NCBI RefSeq assembly: GCF_036323395.1
Contig: NZ_AP028907.1
Location: 270,001 to 302,000, forward strand
Reading direction: 5' to 3'
Source: Pyrodictium abyssi
GTDB lineage: Archaea; Thermoproteota; Thermoprotei_A; Sulfolobales; Pyrodictiaceae
DNA length: 32,000 bases
A program made the position numbers and the translations under genes. Of this stretch, positions 11,861 to 21,168 are shown in pieces. Each line of letters starts with the position of its first letter. Position 1 is the stretch's first letter. Below the pieces are notes generated by a model. That model did not search any database and was not told the origin of the DNA. It worked only from the letters and a program-made list of their open reading frames with translations.

Positions 11861-13102
11861 CTAGAGGTAAATATTGTCGCTTATCATGGGTGTTGTGGGA
11901 GGGGAGGGCTTCTTCGCCCCGGAGCGGCGGTTTGGCGGCCGCATGAGGTGGTGGAACGAGGATAGTGGGGGCGTGTAGCAGCCGAGTAGACTCCGCTCCT
12001 GTACGCTGCACGGGCCCCCTGTGGTGCCGGGCTCGTGTACACATAGGTACTCGGCGTTTAGCGTCAGGGCGCCCCGGTGGGGCTTCGCCTGACCCCCGAC
12101 CTCTACCAGCGAGCCAGGCGGTAGACGGAGGACTATCTTGCGGAGTATGCCCGTCTCTCTGTAGAATGCTGTGTCGATACAGCCTGTATCGTCGCAGAGC
12201 CGTGCTATGACGTGTCCGCCGGGAATCCTCCTAGCGGAGTGTACGCGGCCTACGACAACCGGGTTATCGTAGGGCCTTATGCGGGAGACCGGCTTCCTCT
12301 GGAGGTGTGCGTTGGTGGCCTGGTTTGTGCGGAAGAGCGCCCAGTGACTGGGCTCCTCGCCAGCGTCTATAATCTCGAGCGCCTTGAGGAGTATGCTGGG
12401 CTGTTCGCCGCGGACCCCGTAGAGTACCGGGTCGTATCCGTGCGGGTGTATGAGCACTCTCCTCTGCGCGTAGTCGTAGTTCATGAACGTGGATGGGCGT
12501 GTGCGGATGTCGAACTCTATCACGCTAGCCTCGTCTATCCTGCGCTCGTGGGGCCAGCGTTCGAGCCTCCTATACACGATGAGCTCGAACGTGAAGTCGT
12601 CTAGAGAGGCTCCTAGCGCGGCGAGGGAGCCTATTAGGCCGCGTGCGCCACGTCCATGCAGTGCTACGACCCTGCCTCCGAGCTCTCCTAGGCACTTCTC
12701 TGCTAGACGGAGCGGTACAGCCTCGTGAACGGCTCTCCTGTAGAGGTTCTCTAGGCACTCTGGCCTCGAGGAGAGATACCCGTGCAGCGTATCGGCCTCC
12801 TCTACCAGTAGCAGTGCGTATGCAGCCTTACCCTGGGAGCCCACAGAGTAGAGCTGGGCCACACTGTGTAGCAGCCTGGCTAGCCGCTCTAGCTCCCGCT
12901 TACCATCCACGTTGAATAGTAGTGCTACGGCGCCGTTGCCCCTCGTCTTCCAGGGCACGGCGGGGTTTAGGCGGATAAGCCACGGGTAGTCAGCTAGGCT
13001 AAGCCCCTCGTCTAGGGCTCGACGAGCCACGAGCGATGAAAGGTGAGTAGTACACCCCGCGAACGACGTGTCAAAGCTGTCAAGGCCTACAGCGGCTATC
13101 AA
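11861..13102 (-). CDS. tiaS: tRNA(Ile2) 2-agmatinylcytidine synthetase TiaS
   Basis: VGLDSFDTSFAGCTTHLSSLVARRAL...PWLIRLNPAVPWKTRGNGAVAL...WALFRTNQATNAHL...; C-terminal OB-like segment. Confidence 0.9.
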   Translation of the reverse strand: MIAAVGLDSFDTSFAGCTTHLSSLVARRALDEGLSLADYPWLIRLNPAVPWKTRGNGAVALLFNVDGKRELERLARLLHSVAQLYSVGSQGKAAYALLLVEEADTLHGYLSSRPECLENLYRRAVHEAVPLRLAEKCLGELGGRVVALHGRGARGLIGSLAALGASLDDFTFELIVYRRLERWPHERRIDEASVIEFDIRTRPSTFMNYDYAQRRVLIHPHGYDPVLYGVRGEQPSILLKALEIIDAGEEPSHWALFRTNQATNAHLQRKPVSRIRPYDNPVVVGRVHSARRIPGGHVIARLCDDTGCIDTAFYRETGILRKIVLRLPPGSLVEVGGQAKPHRGALTLNAEYLCVHEPGTTGGPCSVQERSLLGCYTPPLSSFHHLMRPPNRRSGAKKPSPPTTPMISDNIYL

Positions 13103-13346
13103 CGGGTTCTCGCCTCTCCCTCGGGTAGCTTGTCAGGAGGAGCCGTAGCCTAATAGGAGGTATCTGTGGAGACGACGGGTAGAATGCTGTAATGCATTAG
13201 GGCATTGTTCTCTGCCAGTACGGCTAGCCGTCACCGGCGGGAGTGCCTTAGCAGGGGTGGTATAGAGAGGCTGTGGTAAAGCGTGCAGGACGTGTGCAGC
13301 ATCAAAACAATTATGCTGGAATGCATTGGAAGGGCTAGGCGTCTTG

Positions 13347-13592
13347 TTAGAAGTTTTCATAGTCTCTTACGACTATCATTGTGAGTGTTGAGCGGACTCT
13401 TGGTGAGCTCCGGAGATTCTTGTACACTATATCCCTTAGCTTGCTCATGTCGTCGCTCTCTATTATAGCGACTATGTCGTATAGGCCGTACACCATGTAT
13501 ACTGCGCGCACCTCAGGCAGCTTCTTCAGTGTCTCGAAGATCTCCTCGTCGGCCCCCATCTCGGTATTTATTAGGATAACAGCCTTGGGCAT
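13347..13592 (-). CDS. stand-alone Lrp/AsnC ligand-binding (RAM) domain protein
   Basis: 81 aa: MPKAVILINTEMGADEEIFETLKKLPEVRAVYMVYGLYDIVAIIESDDMSKLRDIVYKNLRSSPRVRSTLTMIVV; no HTH. Confidence 0.88.
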   Translation of the reverse strand: MPKAVILINTEMGADEEIFETLKKLPEVRAVYMVYGLYDIVAIIESDDMSKLRDIVYKNLRSSPRVRSTLTMIVVRDYENF

Positions 13593-13769
13593 GGACTACA
13601 CCCCTTTGTGGCCCTATAGTGGGAGACGAGCCAGGGGCTAATACGGCTAGTGGGCAGGTATATAGAAGGCGCTCCAACATCCCCCGGCTACCATGCAGTG
13701 CTAGTGCCCCCGGGCTGTACGCTTAGCGGTGTGCCGGAACCGGGTGGCAGCTGGGCGGTGTAGGCAGTA

Positions 13770-14375
13770 ATGCGCACAGGAAGCGATCTTGGCGTAAGGC
13801 TCTATGCTGTGTACCTTAGGCACGATAACCCGAAATACAATACAGTAGCCAAGCTCATAAGGCTCGGGCTAGTAGCCGAGGTGAAGAAGCCACGCCGCGG
13901 CAGCATCGTGCTGGATCCACTATCGCCCTTCCCCGTCTCGGGGCCGGATAGGAGGATCCTGGAGACCAACGGGCTATGCGTGATAGACGGGTCTTGGCGC
14001 AAGGTGTCCAGGATCCTCGGCCGAATACCCGGCGTCAAGAGGAGGCTCCCGCTTCTACTCGCCGCAAACCCCGTGAACTACGGGAAGCCCTTCCTGCTCA
14101 GCAGTGCTGAGGCGCTAGCAGCAGCCCTCTACATAACAGGCTTCAGGGACGAGGCAGCAAGAATACTCTCCGTGTTCAAGTGGGGCCACGCGTTCATAGA
14201 GCTGAACAGGAAGCTTCTCGAGGAGTACGCCGGGAAGACCCAGAAGGAGATAATCGAGGCAGAATGTAGCATACTGAGGGACAATATAGGGCTCACGGTG
14301 GACGAGTGCTCAGCCGGCAGCCTCCTAGCCGTCTATAAGCGTGTGCTGGAAAGCTACGAAGAGAAAGGCCGCTAA
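13770..14375 (+). CDS. tsr3: Tsr3-like rRNA aminocarboxypropyltransferase (DUF367 family)
   Basis: LYAVYLRHDNPKYNTVAKLIRLGLV...GSIVLDPLSPFPVSGPDRRILETNGLCVIDGSWRKV...RLPLLLAANPVNYGKPFLLSSAEALAAALYITGF. Confidence 0.9.
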   Translation: MRTGSDLGVRLYAVYLRHDNPKYNTVAKLIRLGLVAEVKKPRRGSIVLDPLSPFPVSGPDRRILETNGLCVIDGSWRKVSRILGRIPGVKRRLPLLLAANPVNYGKPFLLSSAEALAAALYITGFRDEAARILSVFKWGHAFIELNRKLLEEYAGKTQKEIIEAECSILRDNIGLTVDECSAGSLLAVYKRVLESYEEKGR

Positions 14376-14478
14376 CCTGTCCTGCGTTCCGCTCCGATGT
14401 ATACAGTAGCTCTCCGGAATGCTGTGGGTCTGTGCCAGAGACTAGGTGTATGGGGTTTGAGGGATTTGGGCGAGAACG

Positions 14479-14566
14479 TGGTGCGGGGGGTGGGATTTGA
14501 ACCCACGCAGGCCTACGCCAGCGGGTCCTAAGCCCGCCCCCTTTGACCTGGCTCGGGCACCCCCGC
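14479..14566 (-). tRNA. tRNA-Leu(TAG), CCA encoded
   Basis: Minus strand GCGGGGG TG CCCGAGCCAGGTCAAAGGGG GCGGG CTTAGGA CCCGC ...long variable arm... GTGGG TTCAAAT CCCAC CCCCCGC A CCA. Confidence 0.95.
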
Positions 14567-14664
14567 GCCCAGGGCCGGGGTTGGCAGGCTCCGGGGGCAA
14601 TGAGTGGGGTAGGTGGGGCTTAAATGCCCTTACGCTCCTTGGCATTCATGGTGTCTTGGTGGCC

Positions 14665-15108
14665 TTATACTACCTCTTCTCGGCTTCTGCTTGATATTGT
14701 TGTCTCGGCTAGTATGATCGATACCTTGTCTGCTATCCTCTCGGCTAGCAGCATCTTGTCTGGCGATGGTGGTAGGGCTTGTAGGAGTCTCTCGAGGGCG
14801 CTCCAGAGGGCGTAGGCGGCTTCGGCTAGTATCTTGGTGCGTGTCTCTGGGTCTATGCCGTGTATCATCTTGCATAGTGTCTCTGTGCTGGGGCTTAGGC
14901 TCTCGTGGATGTAGCGTGAGACGGCAGCCGGGCTGACGCCCATTATAGCGGCTACGTCTTTGGCGGCGTAGCCGTTTTCGAGCGCTATCTCGACGAGTCT
15001 ACGCCTGGTCTTCGGGTCTAGTAGTGCTATGGCCTCGCATACTCCTTGCAGCTCCTGGGCCATGGTGTGGCACCCCACTGGGCGAGGAGTATGGGCTCCG
15101 GGGACCAT
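14665..15108 (-). CDS. HTH (XRE-like) DNA-binding protein
   Basis: Helix-turn-helix segment LVEIALENGYAAKDVAAIMGVSPAAVSRYIHESLSPSTETLCKMIHGIDPETRTKI. The start may be the internal Met of MAQELQGVC (around 15063). Confidence 0.75.
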   Translation of the reverse strand: MVPGAHTPRPVGCHTMAQELQGVCEAIALLDPKTRRRLVEIALENGYAAKDVAAIMGVSPAAVSRYIHESLSPSTETLCKMIHGIDPETRTKILAEAAYALWSALERLLQALPPSPDKMLLAERIADKVSIILAETTISSRSREEVV

Positions 15109-15153
15109 GTTCCGGGGCTAGAGGGGCTGGAGGGCTGTGCAGCGCCAGGGGTC

Positions 15154-15933
15154 CTAGGCTGGCAGGCCTAGGTCTAGGTGGGAGAGTATAGCGTCGAAGA
15201 CCTGGAGTGAGGGGTCGCGCTTGTAGGCGCGTAGTGTTGCGCGTAGCTTAGCATCTGCTGCTCCTATTTTTGTGCAGCGTCTAGCCCATTCTAGCCTAGC
15301 GAGGCCGCCTACGAGCTGAGTTAGGTTCCCCGGGTTCCGGTGCACGGTGCTAGAGTCGTAGTCCACTATGTACGGCTCCTGGCGTACGGGGTCCACCAGT
15401 ACCTGGCCCCCGGGCCTGGCTAGCTCGCCGTGCCTTATGCCTAGACGGTCGAGACGGTAGGCCTTCCAGAGGAGGCGGCGGAGCAGGTGCTTGGCCTCTA
15501 TACACGTGGCCGGCTCTACGTCGGCCAGCTGGGGGCCGTAGACCGGCTCGACGAGTATGAAGAGCCGGTGGGACATGTATAGCCTTGGGGCTACTCCGGC
15601 CCACGCTGCCGCGGCCCAGGCGGCTGCCTCCCAGAGCATTGAGCTGCGCCGCGAGCGGGGGTGGAGAGCCTTGACGGCTACCACTGAGCCCCGCCAGAGG
15701 GCTAGGAACACGTTGCCCGCCCAGCCTCTGCCTAGTAGCCGGTAGCCTCCGGGCAGCTCGACCCCGCCGTAGCTCACGTAGTGAGTGACCCCGGCCTCCT
15801 CCAGCTCCAAGAGGAGGCGTCTACAGTGGCTACTCTCGGGGTCCGGGTAGCAGACAGCGGGGGCTGCTCCACGTATCTCTATCTTCTCGGCTTCATCCAG
15901 CCTGGGGCCTTGTAGCCCGTCTCTAGGAGCCAT
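15154..15933 (-). CDS. predicted archaeal Ser/Thr protein kinase (COG2112-like)
   Basis: Gly-rich loop GRGWAGNVFLALWRGSVVAVKAL (VAVK lysine), HGELARPGGQVLVD catalytic-loop analogue, YIVDYDSS DFG analogue. Confidence 0.75.
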   Translation of the reverse strand: MAPRDGLQGPRLDEAEKIEIRGAAPAVCYPDPESSHCRRLLLELEEAGVTHYVSYGGVELPGGYRLLGRGWAGNVFLALWRGSVVAVKALHPRSRRSSMLWEAAAWAAAAWAGVAPRLYMSHRLFILVEPVYGPQLADVEPATCIEAKHLLRRLLWKAYRLDRLGIRHGELARPGGQVLVDPVRQEPYIVDYDSSTVHRNPGNLTQLVGGLARLEWARRCTKIGAADAKLRATLRAYKRDPSLQVFDAILSHLDLGLPA

Positions 15934-17309
15934 GCCAGCTCGTCACCCTGTAGCCTGTCCACGACTCCTGGGAGCGTGGAGACCTGCACCCGGAACCCCT
16001 TGGCGCTCCCCGGTAGCCACTCGTCTACACGGCTGCGTAGAAGCTCTAGGGCGTCCGTGTACCTCCTCCGCCTAGCCACGGCTAGCCTACCGTCCTCGGT
16101 GATCCATGGCCCCACAGCTGTCTCGTCGCTGCGGTACTTCTCTACAAACCTCTGCGCGTTGCCGGTGCTCCAGGCGGGCGGCCCGAGGTGGAGCTGGAGC
16201 GGGGGCAGCGTCCGGGACTCGAGCTCGACTAGCACTATGAAGCGCTGGCCGTCCTCGGAGGCGTATGCGGTTGCGTCTATTACGCTGAAGCCCCAGCGCT
16301 CAAGGAGCCTTCGGGCTGCTCTAAGGGTCCTCCTGGCTATACCCCAGATGTTGTCTGGTGAAAGCCTACGCGGCGACTCCAGCAGGGCTACCACGGTGTT
16401 GCCGGCTCTGGGCCCGTATACGGCTAGGACGCTGCCAGGGGCGGGCGCGTGTACCTCCTTCCTCCCTGGTATATGGAAGAAGTCTCTACGCGGCTCTCGG
16501 AGGTAGAGCATCGAGGCGACTATGAACCGGGCTAGGCTCTGCCTCGACACGGCAGCAGCGACGTTGCGGTCAGGATCCACGGGGTCAACCACTATCATGG
16601 CCGCGTCCTTAAACTTCTTCACGAGCGCCCTCTGGTCCCGGTGGTGGCCCTCAACGTCTATGACTACGGGTGGCTTCCAGGACTGGGCAGCCTCGAGGAC
16701 TGACCGGAAGCAGCCATAGTTTATCACTAGGAGTTCTACAAGGTAGCCGGAGAACCCTTGTACAGCTATCTCTGCCCCGTAGACGCCAATCCTCTTCATG
16801 AATGATTTAAGCAGGCGTATCTCGTCTCTCATCTCCGGCGTCGTCTTCGATACTACGTAGCGGCGGTGGAAGGGAGTCCTATCCACGGCAGTGAGGGGGC
16901 TATCGGGGTCTGGTATGGCGCACCCAGGTACGATCTCCACCCATATTCCGTCGACTAGCACCCGGAGGTAGGGGTGCTGCGCGTAGCGCATCTCTATGGT
17001 GAAGCCCGCGGCAGATAATCTGGAGGCTATCTCATCGACTATGCCAGACTCTATCAACTCTAGACAGTTCCTGGGATGTAGCAGTATGAACAGGTCAAGG
17101 TCCAGGTTGCCTCTAATCCATGTATCCTTGGCGTAGCTCCCCTCAATGGTTACGTGGGCATCCCTTATCCCTAGGTCCTGCAGTACACTCTTTACCAGGC
17201 TCATTGCCTTCTCTGCAGTGTTTCGGGCTTTCTCCCTCTCCGATTCCGAGGGCTTTATCTCGGCTAGTACCTCCTCCTCGACGCCCAGGCGTATACAGCT
17301 CATGGCCAC
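15879..17309 (-). CDS. cca: archaeal (class I) CCA-adding tRNA nucleotidyltransferase
   Basis: VTIEGSYAKDTWIRGNLDLDLFILL nucleotidyltransferase motif; KSFMKRIGVYGAEIAVQGFSGYLVELLVINYGCF. Confidence 0.93.
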   Translation of the reverse strand: MAMSCIRLGVEEEVLAEIKPSESEREKARNTAEKAMSLVKSVLQDLGIRDAHVTIEGSYAKDTWIRGNLDLDLFILLHPRNCLELIESGIVDEIASRLSAAGFTIEMRYAQHPYLRVLVDGIWVEIVPGCAIPDPDSPLTAVDRTPFHRRYVVSKTTPEMRDEIRLLKSFMKRIGVYGAEIAVQGFSGYLVELLVINYGCFRSVLEAAQSWKPPVVIDVEGHHRDQRALVKKFKDAAMIVVDPVDPDRNVAAAVSRQSLARFIVASMLYLREPRRDFFHIPGRKEVHAPAPGSVLAVYGPRAGNTVVALLESPRRLSPDNIWGIARRTLRAARRLLERWGFSVIDATAYASEDGQRFIVLVELESRTLPPLQLHLGPPAWSTGNAQRFVEKYRSDETAVGPWITEDGRLAVARRRRYTDALELLRSRVDEWLPGSAKGFRVQVSTLPGVVDRLQGDELAWLLETGYKAPGWMKPRR

Positions 17310-17690
17310 AGCAGTATGTCCCTCCTACCCCTCTGCCCGTTTACAATATGATGTTCTACTCCTGTAGCCCTCGTCCTAGAACTATAGTCGTGGGAGGGCG
17401 CGGAATACGCTATAGCCGGGACGCTGCTCCTGGGCAGTAACGGCTGTGAGGAGGGCTGGTATTGCTGAGAGGCGTAAAGGCCTCAGTGACGATGGACACC
17501 AGCTCCGAGCCATGTAGCCCCGTTCTCCCCATCATAGGACATGGCCTTGGCCCATCTATACAGCTGGATACAGCAGAAGCCCGTGCCTGGGCGAAGGACC
17601 GGCGGATAGCCGTCGAGCCCACGCCATCACGCCCTGCTAGGTATTAAGAGGGCGTAGTCCCTACAAGGTCACAGTAGCCGGGGACGACCC

Positions 17691-18443
17691 ATGGACGTGT
17701 TTGCAGAACGTGCCAAAAAGGTTCACGATAAGCTGCTCCAGAAGGCACGTGGTATAGGAGACGATGCTATACGCTCGATAGTGTTAAGCCTCCTAGAGAA
17801 CCCGGTGATAACGTTTACCAAGGTGGAGCCGAGGATAAGTTTCTACGAGAGCCCAGCAGCGCCCAAGAAGCACCATGCATACCCAGGCGGGCTTCTAGAC
17901 CACACGCTCGGTGTGACAGAGATAGCTGAGAAGCTCATAGACGTGTACACCGGCATCTACGGCGCTAACGTGGACCGTGACCTCGTCATAGCGGCTGCGC
18001 TGCTTCATGACCTCTTCAAATACTATCAGTATGAGCGAGACCCTCTGACAGGCGGATACAGGCCTCGTAGCGACTGGTACTTCAGCCACGACTTCGCAAT
18101 GGTGGCAGAGCTCTCAGTCCGAAGCGCGCCAGACAAGCTGATAAGGGTAGTAGCTGAGACGCATGGAACAGTGCCCTTCAGCACTATAGAGTCGCAGATT
18201 GTCCACCAGGCCGACACCACAGACTCCCAGATGGTCTCACAGATACAGGATGTAATATGGCGTGCATGCCTAGATATAGAACTCGAGCTGGGCGATGTAA
18301 AGGCGATAAAGGTGTTCAACGAGGCAATGAGAAGGGTGCCGATATTCGAGTACGCCAAAATATACTATACTAGAGGGCGTGACGAGCTAAGAGAGTTCAT
18401 AAAGAAACTGCTAGGCCTAGAGAAGCAACAAAGCCAAGCATAA
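17691..18443 (+). CDS. HD-domain phosphohydrolase
   Basis: HHAYPGGLLDHTLGVTEIAEKL...DLVIAAALLHDLFKYYQY: H...HD signature and downstream His/Asp residues. Confidence 0.85.
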   Translation: MDVFAERAKKVHDKLLQKARGIGDDAIRSIVLSLLENPVITFTKVEPRISFYESPAAPKKHHAYPGGLLDHTLGVTEIAEKLIDVYTGIYGANVDRDLVIAAALLHDLFKYYQYERDPLTGGYRPRSDWYFSHDFAMVAELSVRSAPDKLIRVVAETHGTVPFSTIESQIVHQADTTDSQMVSQIQDVIWRACLDIELELGDVKAIKVFNEAMRRVPIFEYAKIYYTRGRDELREFIKKLLGLEKQQSQA

Positions 18444-18462
18444 GCACCATGCCGCGAGTGTG

Positions 18463-18618
18463 ATGGAAACCTCTATACCCTGGAGCACCCAGCAAAGCAT
18501 TTCTTGGGGCTATGTGGAGGCCGACATAGGCGTACACTTCACCCACCTAGGCGTAGTGGATGAAGAGGGGTCGATTTACCGAAGCCCTCCACTCCATACA
18601 ATCCATGCAGGCCGATGA
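18463..18618 (+). CDS. short ORF, possible 5' part of a frameshifted/split gene
   Basis: METSIPWSTQQSISWGYVEADIGVHFTHLGVVDEEGSIYRSPPLHTIHAGR*, starting 19 nt after the HD-gene stop; overlaps the next short ORF in the +1 frame. Confidence 0.25.
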   Translation: METSIPWSTQQSISWGYVEADIGVHFTHLGVVDEEGSIYRSPPLHTIHAGR

Positions 18619-18703
18619 AGAACCGTCGGACGTAGAAGAGCTGCTACAGGGCGATGAATTATCCCCTGGCTCCTCTGAGGCGCTACAACGCATAACATTA
18701 TGA
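18560..18703 (+). CDS. short ORF, possible 3' part of the same frameshifted gene
   Basis: MKRGRFTEALHSIQSMQADEEPSDVEELLQGDELSPGSSEALQRITL*, acidic and coding-like, +1 relative to the upstream ORF. Confidence 0.25.
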   Translation: MKRGRFTEALHSIQSMQADEEPSDVEELLQGDELSPGSSEALQRITL

Positions 18704-18726
18704 TGGAGCTATGTCCAGGTGAACGC

Positions 18727-18759
18727 TTATACACCGTCCATAATGGAGAAGGTGTATAA
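18727..18759. repeat. imperfect palindrome
   Basis: TTATACACC (18727-18735) ... GGTGTATAA (18751-18759) perfect 9-nt arms; the spacer contains TCCAT-A-ATGGA. Confidence 0.7.
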
Positions 18760-19043
18760 AGAGGTATAATGGTAACCATATGTAGGCTCCGAGATGGGTC
18801 CGGCGTCATCATCCGTAACGTATCTCCGGTACCTCCTCAGCCGACCGGTACCATCTTCACAGCCGCGTAGACACGATGTGTATCGCACCGAATGAAGGAT
18901 ATCGGGATAAGGGATGGTGCGGGGCTCTGTGTGAGAGCTCTAGCTCATCCCAGCCTACACCTGGTCGCATGGTTTGCTAGTCTTCATCGCCCATTCGGGT
19001 ATTATGCTTAGGGCTCCGGGACGGGGTATATGCTGTACCCTTT

Positions 19044-20147
19044 CTAGCCTAGGACAGTCCTAAGGATTGAAGCGACACTCCGTGGTAGGCTTGGCAGCGC
19101 ACGTAGTAGCTGACGGAGACTAAGTTCTCCAAGCCCTAGGGATGTAAAAACATCTAGCGGAAGCGATGAGATCACTCTTGCCCGTGTCTCGGGCGATGAT
19201 GCCCTTATCTTGTTGAGAAGCTTGCGTTGCAGGTTTACCCATTTCACGATAGACTTGACTCTGTCTAGAGGATTATTGTTCTCAATAATGCTGTTGAACA
19301 GTGCGTATGCTGAGGCTATTGATGGTCGTATGCCTTCGCCGGTCAAAGGGTATACGAAGCCAGCAGCCTCGCCTATTATAGGCACGTTTCTGGTCAAGAG
19401 ATTCTCATTGACGCCGGATACGTTTATCCTGGCACCCTTTATGGGCGTAATAGGGTCTATGTGGCCAAGCTTCATCTTTGCAAAGCTTCTAAGCCGTGAG
19501 CGCAGCGATTCCGCGCCCTCGTAGCCACCCACGCCAATGTCTACTATATTCTGTGACCTTGGGAACACCCAGTAGTATCCTACAAGGTTGCTATCAAACC
19601 ATATCTCTATGACATCTGTGTCAATTGCCCTACTCGTTCTAAATATTTGTTGCACAGCTAGTATGGTCTCGCTGGCTATGTTTGGAAGACCTACGAGGCC
19701 GGGTGCGAGGACTACCCGTTCCCTAGCCTGTAGCGGCATAGAGCCTACTCTCGGCCTCGTAGGGCTAGTGAGGTCAACATACTTCTTATGAACAGTAGCG
19801 CTTTCAAGAAGCGACTTAATGAGTAAACGCTTGTCTACTATATAGCCCCAGCGTTGGCCGTGTGACTCGTGTACAAGCTGGCCGTCCACATATACACGGA
19901 AGCCGTTTATCTCGGAGAGTATGGCGTCGGATAGTATCTTAATGTACTTCTCTATCTGAAGCGGGACAGCCCAGCCGCACGGCTTCGCAGCAAAGTCAGC
20001 CCCCTCGTAGACCTCGACGGAGTAGCCCCTGGCCGAGGCGTAGTACGCGAATGCAGCTCCAGCAGGCCCTGCGCCTACAACAACGAAGTCGGGTCTTACG
20101 CTAGTAGCCATACGGTGCACCCTTACGTGCACGGAGGTGTGGGGCAA
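19044..20147 (-). CDS. geranylgeranyl reductase family FAD-dependent oxidoreductase
   Basis: DFVVVGAGPAGAAFAYYASARGYSVEVYE Rossmann FAD motif, KPCGWAVP, IIGEAAGFVYPLTGEGIRPSIASAY. TTG start at 20147 or ATG at 20111. Confidence 0.88.
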   Translation of the reverse strand: MPHTSVHVRVHRMATSVRPDFVVVGAGPAGAAFAYYASARGYSVEVYEGADFAAKPCGWAVPLQIEKYIKILSDAILSEINGFRVYVDGQLVHESHGQRWGYIVDKRLLIKSLLESATVHKKYVDLTSPTRPRVGSMPLQARERVVLAPGLVGLPNIASETILAVQQIFRTSRAIDTDVIEIWFDSNLVGYYWVFPRSQNIVDIGVGGYEGAESLRSRLRSFAKMKLGHIDPITPIKGARINVSGVNENLLTRNVPIIGEAAGFVYPLTGEGIRPSIASAYALFNSIIENNNPLDRVKSIVKWVNLQRKLLNKIRASSPETRARVISSLPLDVFTSLGLGELSLRQLLRALPSLPRSVASILRTVLG

Positions 20148-20153
20148 CAGAGG

Positions 20154-21026
20154 CTAGGCTATAGAGCTGCCAAGCATAGCATTCACTATAAAGCTGGGAA
20201 GATATGAAAGATACGAGTTCTGTATACCCCCCGTTATCCTCGTCGAGAAGTCTACAGCCCTTGCTAGCAGCATCTTTATCGTCGCGTAGGCCTTGTTTAT
20301 CCCGGCGCCGTTTAGCCACCGTAGGAAGAGCTGTAAACTGGGCTCATTCTTCACTTTCTCCTTGTCGCGGCTGTCGCGTAGATCGTCTGCTATCTGGTAC
20401 ATAACACCTATAGTCTCGCCGTACCGGGATGCGACATCTATGAGAGAGTAGCGCCCAGCAGCTATAACACCAAGCTCTGCAGCAAGACGGAAGAGTGCGC
20501 CCGTCTTGAGCTTAATCATCTCAAGGTACGTGTCCGGGCTAAGCTGGTCTGGTACCGTGAACGCGTCTATGACTTCACCCCTGGATATATCCAGCCACGC
20601 CTTAACTGTCCGTCTTAGCGCCTCCTCGCCGTACCGCTCAGCTACTATTCTCTGTGCAAAAGGTATAAGGAGGTTGGACACCATCACGGTCTTCTTTAAC
20701 CCATACTTTACCCATGCTGCTTCAGCTCCTCGTCTCACTAGGTCCTCGTCTATTATGTCATCCAAAGCTAAGCTAGCTGCATGAACAAGTTCGACAGCTA
20801 CAGCAGCGTCAAGGGCATCCTCAATTCGTGCACCTAGGCTCCTAGCTACTTCTAGCACTAGGAATCCTCGAAGCCTCTTGCCACCCATAGCTATATACCT
20901 GGCAGCATCAACTGCATTTGCCTCTGGCAGCTCCATGAGCCACCGCTCAATAGCCGTGTCAATTAGCTGGCGCGCTGCACGCCATTGCTCGAGCAGTTGG
21001 CTAGAGTTGAGCCCTTGCATGCCCAC
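20154..21026 (-). CDS. isoprenyl diphosphate (GGPP/FPP) synthase
   Basis: GGKRLRGFLVLEVAR, ELVHAASLALDDIIDED (first Asp-rich motif), IADDLRDSRDKEK (second). Confidence 0.92.
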   Translation of the reverse strand: MGMQGLNSSQLLEQWRAARQLIDTAIERWLMELPEANAVDAARYIAMGGKRLRGFLVLEVARSLGARIEDALDAAVAVELVHAASLALDDIIDEDLVRRGAEAAWVKYGLKKTVMVSNLLIPFAQRIVAERYGEEALRRTVKAWLDISRGEVIDAFTVPDQLSPDTYLEMIKLKTGALFRLAAELGVIAAGRYSLIDVASRYGETIGVMYQIADDLRDSRDKEKVKNEPSLQLFLRWLNGAGINKAYATIKMLLARAVDFSTRITGGIQNSYLSYLPSFIVNAMLGSSIA

Positions 21027-21168
21027 TCTACCTTTTATTCATCGCTACTGAGATATTATAAGTTGCAGACTTATAGCCGGATTCTTGCTCATTCCTCCAA
21101 GCGCAACGGCCTCCTCTCACTCTTATACCCTTTCCCTCGGAAAACCTAGGACACGGGTGCACACGGCA

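Noticed and set aside
17410-17647. Overlapping ORFs on both strands between cca and the HD gene
   Set aside because: No consistent coding signal or recognisable motif; treated as ordinary intergenic sequence.
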